A stretch of 64,000 nt of DNA from Candidatus Dormiibacterota bacterium (GTDB taxonomy: Bacteria > Chloroflexota > Dormibacteria > Aeolococcales > Aeolococcaceae): the NCBI GenBank assembly GCA_963718525.1, contig OY970355.1, forward strand, positions 2,336,001 through 2,400,000. Reading direction: 5' to 3'. Each line of letters opens with the position of its first letter. Within the stretch, counting starts at the first letter, position 1. The position numbers were made by a program, and so were the translations under genes. Positions 1-8,129 of this stretch are shown one piece after another. The notes under the pieces were generated by a model. The model was not told where the DNA came from and made no database searches. It saw nothing but the letters and a program-made list of their open reading frames with translations.

Positions 1-552
1 GGATATCGGGCGTCCGACGTCCTGGGGCGCTCGATGCTCTCGTTGGTGACAGAAACCAGCGTCGCCGACCTGCTGGGCTCACTCGCTCACGCCGCGGCGA
101 CCGGGGCGGGAGTCACCCTCAATCTCGTCGCCTGTTCCAAGCAGGGCGATCCAGTCTTGCTCGAAGCGGTGCTCTGGCCGATGCGCCCGCCGCCACGCTG
201 CGGCTTCGCGTTGCTCCCCGGCGCCTACGCGGAGTCTGCGTCCGGGACCGCGGCCGATGTGGAGAACTGGATGTCCCGGTTTGCAAGCGACTCTGGAGCG
301 GTATCCCTCTCGCGCCATCTCGCCACAGCCCCGCGCGAGGGGGAGCTGATCGGCCTCTCCCAGCTGACCACCAGGGAGCTGGAGATCGTCAGCCGGCTGG
401 TCTCCGGCGACAGAGTCCCGGCGATTGCGAAGGCGCTGTTCCTGAGCCCGAGCACCGTGCGGAATCACCTCCATTCGATTTATCAAAAGCTCGGCATCCA
501 TACGCAGCAGGAGCTGATCCATGCCTTCCGTGGAGGACCAGCGTCTCGGTGA
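1..552 (+). CDS. LuxR-family HTH transcriptional regulator, probably 5'-truncated by the window edge
   Basis: C-terminal LTTRELEIVSRLVSG..VPAIAKALFLSPSTVRNHLHSIYQKLGI is a textbook LuxR/GerE HTH; the frame is open to the window start. Confidence 0.85.
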   Translation, partial: GYRASDVLGRSMLSLVTETSVADLLGSLAHAAATGAGVTLNLVACSKQGDPVLLEAVLWPMRPPPRCGFALLPGAYAESASGTAADVENWMSRFASDSGAVSLSRHLATAPREGELIGLSQLTTRELEIVSRLVSGDRVPAIAKALFLSPSTVRNHLHSIYQKLGIHTQQELIHAFRGGPASR

Positions 553-784
553 ACGTCGCGCTGAGTGCAGCGGCGCAAGGTCATATCCATTCTCTCGCTT
601 CGATTTGGCAGGACGGATGACACTCCAATCTACGACCGGGTGACATCACGCCTATTCCGATACGGCCGCGGCGACCTTCACACTCACATCGATGTCCGTG
701 TCCACACATGTGTCTCAGCCCGCCTCGATCGCGCTGCGCGATGCGGTTCGCCGCGTGCGAAGCAGTCACTACTAGGACACTTGA

Positions 785-1453
785 ATGTGGCAGGAACAGC
801 TCGGCGCTGGGGTCGACGAGGTACACGTATCCAGGAGCGCACTCATCCTCCGCGCGGGTCAGCTCCCGAGAATTGCATTGGTCGTGGCCGGCATCGTGCG
901 AGTTTTCATCTCGACGCAACTCGGCCGGCAGATGACGATCCGCTACGCGCGAGCTGGTGATCTCATCGGGCTGTCACCCTACCTGGCGGGCACCGATCAG
1001 TGGAACGCTGAAGCGATCACCGACGTGAGCGTCAAGGTGCTCACCTTCGACGACGTGCGCAGCGCCGGAGCACGTGATCCGGAGTTGCCCTGGAGCATCG
1101 CGCGACACGTCGCGGGTGTGACCGAGGAGGCGTTGCGCACAATCGCCGACGCGAGCGGACAGCCGATCACTGTGCGAGTCGCGCGCCACCTTCGCGAGAT
1201 GGCGCTGCGCGGACCCGACGGTCGCATCGCCGTGCACATCAGTCATCAGCGTCTGGCTGATGCGGTCGGTACCGTCCGTGAGGTGGTGAGTCGAGAGCTG
1301 ACTGCCTTGCGATCAGACGGGGTGATTGACAGAACCGCGGGAGCAGTCAGGGTCATCGACGAGGATCGGCTCGCGATCCTCGCCGCCGGCCACTCCACCT
1401 TGCGCACGACTACGGGTGACCGCGGTCACACAGCTGGCAATCGCGGGCACTGA
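785..1453 (+). CDS. Crp/Fnr-family transcriptional regulator (N-terminal helix possibly missing)
   Basis: cNMP-binding beta-roll (VVAGIVRVF..GRQMTIRYARAGDLIG) and C-terminal HTH ISHQRLADAVGTVREVVSRELTAL. Confidence 0.85.
   Translation: MWQEQLGAGVDEVHVSRSALILRAGQLPRIALVVAGIVRVFISTQLGRQMTIRYARAGDLIGLSPYLAGTDQWNAEAITDVSVKVLTFDDVRSAGARDPELPWSIARHVAGVTEEALRTIADASGQPITVRVARHLREMALRGPDGRIAVHISHQRLADAVGTVREVVSRELTALRSDGVIDRTAGAVRVIDEDRLAILAAGHSTLRTTTGDRGHTAGNRGH
1415..1430. promoter_or_regulatory. Putative CRP/GlxR-type binding site
   Basis: GGTGA-CCGCGG-TCACA, 9/10 match to TGTGA-N6-TCACA, about 95 bp upstream of the histidine kinase start. Confidence 0.5.
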
Positions 1454-1525
1454 TGTTTCCCGCCGGCGTGTGTGTAAACGGTACCAGCATCATCGCGAAA
1501 CGACATCGGGTGGAAGGGAAACGAC

Positions 1526-2824
1526 GTGTCCTCGCAACCTTCGAACATGAGCGGACTGACCAACCTCGGTGGAGTTGAGCGCCTCGCCCGTCGCATCGAT
1601 GGACTGCGAGGCGCCCTGCCCCAGGCGATGTCCATTCCCCGTTACACCGCCGCGCTCGTCCAATTGACGGACGACGCCATGTCAGGCATGGCGATCGGTC
1701 AGCTCGCGCGACGCGTGCTCACTGCGAGCACCAGGGTGTTGCGAGCTGATGGGGGGCATGTCCTGGAGGTCGACTCCGCGGGTCGGGTGCTGAGCGTGCT
1801 CGCGTCTCGCGGGCTGGCAATGGTCATCCCGAGGTCGACCCTCGATGCGGGACATGCCGGCGCACGCCTCCTGGAATCCGGTGCACCGATGCTCGCGGTG
1901 TCGGACTATGCCGCGGGTGCATTTGCGGAAGGTGCGGTTCTCGAAGAGGCGGGCGTGCGCAGCGGTCTCACCGCACTGATTCGCGGCACCGAAGCGCCGT
2001 ATGGATTCGTGACTCTGTATGCTCGCCAGCCCCGCTGCTGGACCACCGAGGAAACCGAGTTCCTGCAACTGGCGGCCAACGTCCTCAGTGTTGCGGTGGC
2101 GACCAAGGTCGCATCCGACGACCGGCGGGTGCTGATGTGCCGCCTGGTCCGAGCTCGGGAGGAGGAACGCAAGCGGATCGCTGTTGAGATCCACGACGAC
2201 GCGGTGCAGGTGATGACGGCCGTGAGCCTGCATCTAGCACCGCTCATCGAGCACCTCGAGGGGCAGGAGTACAAGCGAGAAGGCCGCCAGGTCCAGGAGA
2301 CCGTGCGGCTTACCATCGGCCGGCTGCGGCGGTTGCTGTTCCAGCTCGTTCCGCCCGAGCTGCAGCTGCATGGCCTTGCGTCGTCGGTGCGGCTGCTGCT
2401 CGAGACCCTGAACGAGGACAGCGGCGTGATGTGGGAACTCGATTATCGATTGATCGAGGAGCCCGCCCCGGCTGCGGCGCTCGTGGTGTATCGCATCGTG
2501 CAGGAAGCGCTTGGCAACGTCCGCAAGCACGCGGGTGCGTCGAGCGTTCGACTCCGTGTGGCACCTGGCGACGGCGGCGTCGACGTCCGTATCGAGGACG
2601 ACGGGTGTGGATCCTCGCCTGCAAACCCACATGAACCCGGTCACCTCGGGGTGGTCGGCATGGGCGCGCGCGCCGAGATGTCAGGGGGCCGGCTTCGAGT
2701 CCGCAGCGTTCCCGGGCACGGGACGATCGTCGAGTTCTGGATCCCGATGCCGGGCTCGGGTGAGCTCCCGGCCGAAACTGCGGTCACAGCCGCAACTCCC
2801 GCGCGGGCTCCCGCGCGGGCCTAG
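1526..2824 (+). CDS. GAF-domain sensor histidine kinase (HisKA_3/NarX type)
   Basis: GAF region; H-box EEERKRIAVEIHDDAVQ; N-box YRIVQEALGNVRKHA; G-boxes EDDGCG, GHLGVVGM, GHGT. Confidence 0.9.
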   Translation: MSSQPSNMSGLTNLGGVERLARRIDGLRGALPQAMSIPRYTAALVQLTDDAMSGMAIGQLARRVLTASTRVLRADGGHVLEVDSAGRVLSVLASRGLAMVIPRSTLDAGHAGARLLESGAPMLAVSDYAAGAFAEGAVLEEAGVRSGLTALIRGTEAPYGFVTLYARQPRCWTTEETEFLQLAANVLSVAVATKVASDDRRVLMCRLVRAREEERKRIAVEIHDDAVQVMTAVSLHLAPLIEHLEGQEYKREGRQVQETVRLTIGRLRRLLFQLVPPELQLHGLASSVRLLLETLNEDSGVMWELDYRLIEEPAPAAALVVYRIVQEALGNVRKHAGASSVRLRVAPGDGGVDVRIEDDGCGSSPANPHEPGHLGVVGMGARAEMSGGRLRVRSVPGHGTIVEFWIPMPGSGELPAETAVTAATPARAPARA

Positions 2825-2847
2825 GGTGAAACGCGAGGCGCGAGCAA

Positions 2848-3423
2848 TCACGCGTTCGCTTCTTGCCCGTCGGAGTGTGCGCGGTTGTGCTCCATGGCAT
2901 CGGTGCCACCGGTCTGGTTCAGGATCTGCTTGGCCCGTTGTACGTCGTCAGGTGAACCGTGCACGACCACGAGGGACTTGCCCGCCCTGAGGTACTCGGT
3001 GTACTTGGGGATGTGGTTTTTCGACACGAAATATCCGACGATGGCGCTCAGCACGCCGGCACCGACGGCGCCCTCGGCTGCACCAACGACCGTCGACGCC
3101 AGTGGTCCGATGGCGAGCACCGGGCCGACGCCTGGGATGAACAGTGCCGCCACACCACTGAGCAAACCGAAGAGCCCACCAACCCACGCTCCGGCCGCCG
3201 CGCCCGTCTTTGCGATGTCACCGGTCGTCACGAACCCGTTGAGCTGCACTTCGCTCTGCAGGCCCTGGCCGATGACCGAAACACGATCCGGTGGGAAACC
3301 GGCCTTGACGAGCTGTTCGATCACCCGAGTGGCAGCATCGACTGTGTCATATACCGCGACGACGCTGTCGTCGGGCAGTGTGGTTGTCTGCGATGGTGCA
3401 CTGGTTGTTGCAGCATTAGTCAT
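2848..3423 (-). CDS. General stress protein 17M/DUF1269-like membrane protein
   Basis: VVAVYDT..AA..VIEQL..AGF...VSVIG, Gly-zipper GAAAGAWVGGLFGLLSG and IPGVGPVLAIGPL are typical of this family. Confidence 0.8.
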   Translation of the reverse strand: MTNAATTSAPSQTTTLPDDSVVAVYDTVDAATRVIEQLVKAGFPPDRVSVIGQGLQSEVQLNGFVTTGDIAKTGAAAGAWVGGLFGLLSGVAALFIPGVGPVLAIGPLASTVVGAAEGAVGAGVLSAIVGYFVSKNHIPKYTEYLRAGKSLVVVHGSPDDVQRAKQILNQTGGTDAMEHNRAHSDGQEANA

Positions 3424-3434
3424 CGAGCGTCTCC

Positions 3435-3818
3435 TTATTGCGTGAGCGGTGGTCTGTTGAACGCGTTCTCAGCCAGAGTGGCGTCGACCTCGAGCGTGAC
3501 GGTCCAGCGGTGATCGCCATCAGCCGGCGGCAACAACCGGCGAGGCTCATACCAGACGAGCCGGGACTGACCTGCCTCGGGTTCGACGAAGTAGAGGCCA
3601 AGCCGCGACTCATCGGGCAGTACCACGATGCAGCGGCCGCGATTGGCGATCTCCTCGAGGACCTCGCGGGCGTCACCGAGCGCGTCGTCGCCCGGAAAGC
3701 CGTACGAGCTGCTGAGGTGATCGAGCCGGAAATAGCGTGCTCCGAGCGACTGGTTCTGCGCGATGCCTCGCAGCGTCGTTGTCCGCAGGCGCTTGTCCCA
3801 GGGTGCCGACGTGCTCAT
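3435..3818 (-). CDS. Hypothetical protein
   Basis: 127 aa ORF with a 4-bp overlap to the upstream Hsp20 stop and an 11-bp gap to the downstream gene; normal composition. Confidence 0.6.
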   Translation of the reverse strand: MSTSAPWDKRLRTTTLRGIAQNQSLGARYFRLDHLSSSYGFPGDDALGDAREVLEEIANRGRCIVVLPDESRLGLYFVEPEAGQSRLVWYEPRRLLPPADGDHRWTVTLEVDATLAENAFNRPPLTQ

Positions 3819-4387
3819 CGGCCACCGGCGGGTGCGCTCTGCGGTTGCGACTGCCGGCCCACCATCTCGGCTTCGCCTGCCGGCGTCGATTCCCGCTGGC
3901 CCTTTGTCGAGTCCTGCTGACCATTGGTTGACTGCGGATTTCGCGAAACCGGAATCTGCTTCGGTTGCGCTGCCGATTGATCGATGGGAATTGAGACCTT
4001 GAGCACGCCGTTCTCAAGCGCGGCGTGTGTCTTGTCGAGCACAACTCCGTCCGGAAGGGCAATCTCCCGACGGATCCGGCCTTCGAATCGCTCGTGCCGG
4101 ATGCAGTTCTTGTCTCGTTGATGGGCCTGCTGGCGCGTTGCAGCCTCGATGACAAGGCGACGCGGCTCAGCTCTGACGGTCACGTCCTCCGGCGCGAATC
4201 CTGCGAGCGACATCTCAACCTGCAGGCCCTTCTCGTCCTGATGCACATCAATAGGCGCCACCAGCGCCGGTTGCAAATCTCCCAATCGCATCGGAAGCCC
4301 ATCCACCAGGGCTCCACCGAACATCCGATCGAGGTTCTTGTGAAGCGCCATCAAGTCATCGGCGGGATCCCAGGTCACGAGAGTCAT
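3815..4387 (-). CDS. Hsp20/alpha-crystallin small heat-shock protein
   Basis: WDP N-terminus, PIDVHQD..GLQVEMSLAGFAPEDV, ERFEGRIRREIALP, AALENGVLKVSIP. Confidence 0.92.
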   Translation of the reverse strand: MTLVTWDPADDLMALHKNLDRMFGGALVDGLPMRLGDLQPALVAPIDVHQDEKGLQVEMSLAGFAPEDVTVRAEPRRLVIEAATRQQAHQRDKNCIRHERFEGRIRREIALPDGVVLDKTHAALENGVLKVSIPIDQSAAQPKQIPVSRNPQSTNGQQDSTKGQRESTPAGEAEMVGRQSQPQSAPAGGR

Positions 4388-4591
4388 GGCTGCACCTCAT
4401 GCTTGCGTCATCCAGCGTACAGACGGCTAGGACACTAGTCGCAAACGGGACCCTCCATGTCAAGCGCGCCGTAGGTAACTGTCGTGACTGAAAGGAATGA
4501 AATCCAGCGCGGACTCGTGCCGAGTTGAGCCGTGGCTTCGGACACTCAGTCGGCTATCAGCGGGTCGAATCGCGCGACATCATCAAACGTT

Positions 4592-5587
4592 TCATCGCCA
4601 CGCGGTCCAGAAGGCCAGACGCGTTTGGCAACGCGACATCTCCAGTTGCAGAGATGGAAGATCGTTGCTGAGCAGTTGCCTCTGGACCTGCTCCTCAGTC
4701 GCCTCGGGCAGACCATAGGTGCGATCGATGATTCGCGTCTGCACCCGGACGAGCTCCTCGTACGCTCCCTGCCAGTACCCCTGCATCGTGGTGGGTGGTG
4801 GCCCGAACTCTGTGCCGGTCGTCGGCGACGCAAACCTCATGGGTTCGGGAACGGCGTTCAACTGGTAGCCGCGACCCCGGATCGTGAGAATCAGGTCAGG
4901 GTGCCTCGGATTGAGTTCGATCTTGTGACGCAGGCGCGAGACGTAGAGCTCGACCTCGGCTTCGCGACCCGGCAGTTCCGCACCCCAGGCCCCGCGAGCA
5001 AGCTCGCTGCGGTTGAGGACCCTATGCGGGTGCGCCATCATGAACGCGAAGAGTTGCCACTCCGCCGGACCGAGCACCTGGCGACGGCCGCGCCGCTCGA
5101 GCGTGTGGTCAGCCAGTCGCACGCGAAGATCACCGAGGACGGCTGTCTGCCCAAGCGCGCGGCGCAACGGCTCCGCGCGCGCGAGAACGGCGCGCACGGC
5201 GAGCTCCAGGTACTCGGGATCGAACGGCTTCTGCACTACCAGGGTTGCACCCTGGCGCAGCCGGGTCTTCATCTCGTCCTCGTCGTCCACAAGCACCACG
5301 AGTGGGCCGGCGAACGTCCTGCGTACGACCGAGAGCGCCGTATCGTCCGGCGGAAGATCGCGCGAGCTGATGAACACCAGTTGAGCACCTGCGGCCTCGA
5401 TTGCGCGAACGAGGTGATGAAACTCCACGTGGGTGCGCGCTTCCCATCCTGCATCGGCGACCAGCGCCGACAGCGTTGCCGTGTAGGCAGGCGAAGACTC
5501 CAGGATCGCGGCCGCCACAGACGTCCATGACCCGAGCCGCTTCGTTGCGTCCACCAAGGCCGCCTCCCGCAGTAATGCCAGCGCCAT
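4592..5587 (-). CDS. Atypical OmpR-family response regulator (degenerate receiver, winged helix, extra C-terminal domain)
   Basis: KPFDPEYL receiver end; Trans_reg_C motifs EWQLFAFMMAHPHRVLNRSEL, VELYVSRLRHKIE, ILTIRGRGYQL. Confidence 0.85.
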   Translation of the reverse strand: MALALLREAALVDATKRLGSWTSVAAAILESSPAYTATLSALVADAGWEARTHVEFHHLVRAIEAAGAQLVFISSRDLPPDDTALSVVRRTFAGPLVVLVDDEDEMKTRLRQGATLVVQKPFDPEYLELAVRAVLARAEPLRRALGQTAVLGDLRVRLADHTLERRGRRQVLGPAEWQLFAFMMAHPHRVLNRSELARGAWGAELPGREAEVELYVSRLRHKIELNPRHPDLILTIRGRGYQLNAVPEPMRFASPTTGTEFGPPPTTMQGYWQGAYEELVRVQTRIIDRTYGLPEATEEQVQRQLLSNDLPSLQLEMSRCQTRLAFWTAWR

Positions 5588-5701
5588 CTTGCGCTCTTCG
5601 GCTGTGTTTCGCAGCGGTGGCGTCCCGCTGACGTCGCGCTGTCGAGCGGTTCGATGGCGAGCGGAAGGATATGGGGGAGGTCATCAAGGCTGCCGTCGCT
5701 A

Positions 5702-7351
5702 TCAGTGGTGGTCGAATGCGAGGAACTGGTGCACGGTGCTGACGGCCGCCGATCCCTCGCCGACCGCAGCCGCGACGCGCTTGGTCGACCCTGAACGCAC
5801 GTCGCCGACGGCGAACAGCCCCGGGTGACTCGTCTCGAACGGCAGCGGCTGGCGGCCGAGGACGCTCCAGCGCTCGCCCAGCTGCTCGACCGTCAGCGCG
5901 CGGTCGGTGAGGATGAAACCGCGGTCGTCGAGCGCGGCACATCCGCACAGCCACGACAACTCGGGATCGGCGCCGATGAACGAGAACAGCGCTGCCGCGG
6001 GGACGCGAATCTGCCCAACCGGTCCGTCGACGCGAACCGCCTCCAGCGCGTTGTCGCCCTCGAGGCCGGCGACGTTTGTGCTGGTCATCACCCGGATACG
6101 TGGATGGGACAGAATGCGATCGACCAGGTATCGCGACATGTCAGCATTGAGGTCAGCCGCTCTGATGATCAGCGTGACGGCACTGCCCTTGTCTGCGAGA
6201 AACACAGCCGCCTGACCAGCCGAGTTACCGCCGCCTACGACCATAACCGGGCTGCCGGCACACTGCCGCGCCTCCAGCTCGGTGGCGGCGTAGTACACGC
6301 TGTTCGTCTCGAACTCCTGCAAGCGATCAACCGGTAACCTGCGGTACCTCGCGCCCGTCGCGGCGATCACCGCGCGGGCGGCGACGACGGTTCCGTCCGA
6401 CAGCTCCACCCTCAGGTGTCCGGACTCCTCCCGCAAGGCGAGGGCCGTGCAGGGCGCGCTGAGTCTCGCCCCGAACTTCACCGCCTGCACCAGCCCGCGT
6501 TGGGTCAGGTCTGCGCCTGTGATCCCGGTTGCGAACCCGAAATAGTTCTCGATCCTCGAGCTCATGCCCGCCTGGCCGCCTGGAGCGACCATGTCGACAC
6601 CGAGCGTATGCAGGCCCTCTGACGCGCCGTACACCGCGGCCGCGAGACCAGCTGGCCCGCCGCCCACGATGACGAGATCGAAGGAGCGGTCGGGCAGGTT
6701 GTCGAGTGTCAGCCCGAGATACGACGCGAGCTCGCCGGGCGTTGGCCTGCGCAGCACCTCGCCGGTGGCGATCACGACCGGGAGATCCGATGGCTCGAGC
6801 GCGAAAGCCCGCACGAGCTCATCGACCTGTGCATCGGCATCGGGATCCAGCCACTCGTGCGGCAGGCGGGTGCGAGTGAGGAACTCACGGATGTGCATGG
6901 TCTCCGGTGAGAAACGGGAACCCACGACCCGAATGAACACAGCGGCTCCCGCGAGGAGGGCTGCTCTCCGGGCCATGAACGCCGCCAGGATCTTGTCGCC
7001 GAGCTCCGGCTCCGTGGCGATGACCCGGCGCAGCAGATCTGCCGGAACCGCGAGCATGTCACCGGTTTCGGCAACTCGAGCTGAGACGAACGCCCGCAAC
7101 CCGGTGAGGAGATTCAACTCACCGAGGAATTGCCCGGCACGGTACGTGGCGATCACCTGGTCGTCGGCATCGTCAACGATGATGTCGACGGCTCCTGAGA
7201 GGACGATCCAGAAGTCGTAGCCGGGGTCACCCTCGTGGTAGAGGTACTCGCCCGGGGTGACGCGACGACGCGTGCCCACCGCCTCGAAGATCGCGACCTC
7301 GGAGGGGTCGAGGACGGGGAACGCGGAGGGGTCCGCCTGCATCAGCGCCAC
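5702..7351 (-). CDS. Cyclic-nucleotide-binding-domain thioredoxin-reductase-like FAD oxidoreductase
   Basis: N-terminal cNMP domain (YLYHEGDP..FLGEL); GGGPAG FAD motif; GGGNSAGQAA NADPH motif; TSHPGLFAVGDVRSGSTKRVAAAVGEG. Confidence 0.9.
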   Translation of the reverse strand: MALMQADPSAFPVLDPSEVAIFEAVGTRRRVTPGEYLYHEGDPGYDFWIVLSGAVDIIVDDADDQVIATYRAGQFLGELNLLTGLRAFVSARVAETGDMLAVPADLLRRVIATEPELGDKILAAFMARRAALLAGAAVFIRVVGSRFSPETMHIREFLTRTRLPHEWLDPDADAQVDELVRAFALEPSDLPVVIATGEVLRRPTPGELASYLGLTLDNLPDRSFDLVIVGGGPAGLAAAVYGASEGLHTLGVDMVAPGGQAGMSSRIENYFGFATGITGADLTQRGLVQAVKFGARLSAPCTALALREESGHLRVELSDGTVVAARAVIAATGARYRRLPVDRLQEFETNSVYYAATELEARQCAGSPVMVVGGGNSAGQAAVFLADKGSAVTLIIRAADLNADMSRYLVDRILSHPRIRVMTSTNVAGLEGDNALEAVRVDGPVGQIRVPAAALFSFIGADPELSWLCGCAALDDRGFILTDRALTVEQLGERWSVLGRQPLPFETSHPGLFAVGDVRSGSTKRVAAAVGEGSAAVSTVHQFLAFDHH

Positions 7352-7487
7352 GAAGTTTGGTGTTTCCCTTCAAGCCTGTACCCAAACGTGGGGCGAAGCT
7401 GCCGATAATAGTCGCTTCGTGTCGCGCGACATGCGCCGCTGAAGCAAAGGCGACCACAGTGCTGCAGTCCACATTTCGGCCTCCGCG

Positions 7488-8024
7488 ATGATGTCCGCTA
7501 ATCCGCCCGGCGACGGAGGCCGACTTGACAACTCGGCGCCCATCCCCGATGTTGACGTCGTCATCGAGGTGCCCAAGGGCAGCCGGAACAAATACGAGTG
7601 GGATCCGCAGATCGGTGCGATGCGTCTCGACCGCACGCTCTTCACGGCGACGCGGTATCCGGCGGATTACGGCTTCATCGTCGCCACCCTCGGAGAGGAT
7701 GGCGACCCGCTCGATGCGCTGGTCCTGCTCGATGAGCCCGCGTTTCCTGGATGCCACGTGAGGTGCCGACCCATCGGCGTGTTCCTGATGACCGATGAGC
7801 ATGGCCCCGATGCCAAGCTGCTCATGCTTCCGAGCGCGGACACCCGCGTGGAGTGGCGCGACTTGGAGGAGGTACCCGCGGCGCTGCTCCGCGAGATCGC
7901 GCATTTCTTCGACATCTACAAGCAGCTCGAGCCGGGGAAAACCACAACAGTCCATGGTTGGGAAGGCCGCGCGGAAGCCGAAGCCGAGATAGAGCGGGGG
8001 CGCCGGCGAGTCGAGGCGAGCTAG
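7488..8024 (+). CDS. ppa: Inorganic pyrophosphatase (family I)
   Basis: VIEVPKGSRNKYE, YPADYGF, DGDPLD signature, IAHFFDIYKQLEPGK. Confidence 0.95.
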   Translation: MMSANPPGDGGRLDNSAPIPDVDVVIEVPKGSRNKYEWDPQIGAMRLDRTLFTATRYPADYGFIVATLGEDGDPLDALVLLDEPAFPGCHVRCRPIGVFLMTDEHGPDAKLLMLPSADTRVEWRDLEEVPAALLREIAHFFDIYKQLEPGKTTTVHGWEGRAEAEAEIERGRRRVEAS

Positions 8025-8129
8025 CGAGCAGGGGAGGGGGCGGCCTCACGCACACGCGCGCTTCGTATAGTCTCTCTGCGATATGGGTGTGCCTTCCGCG
8101 CGCCAGCGCAATGAACCAGGAGCAGTCGG

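Noticed and set aside
2797-2820. 12-bp tandem CTCCCGCGCGGG x2 at the kinase 3' end
   Set aside because: Short GC-rich slippage in a disordered tail; no further copies seen
772-4436. CTAGGACACT present upstream of both crp and hsp20
   Set aside because: A single non-palindromic 10-mer pair in opposite orientation relative to the genes; chance cannot be excluded
7393-7420. AAGCTGCCGATAAT, similar to the dif-like left arm
   Set aside because: Two mismatches and no matching right arm; better explained as a ppa -10 element within a short hairpin
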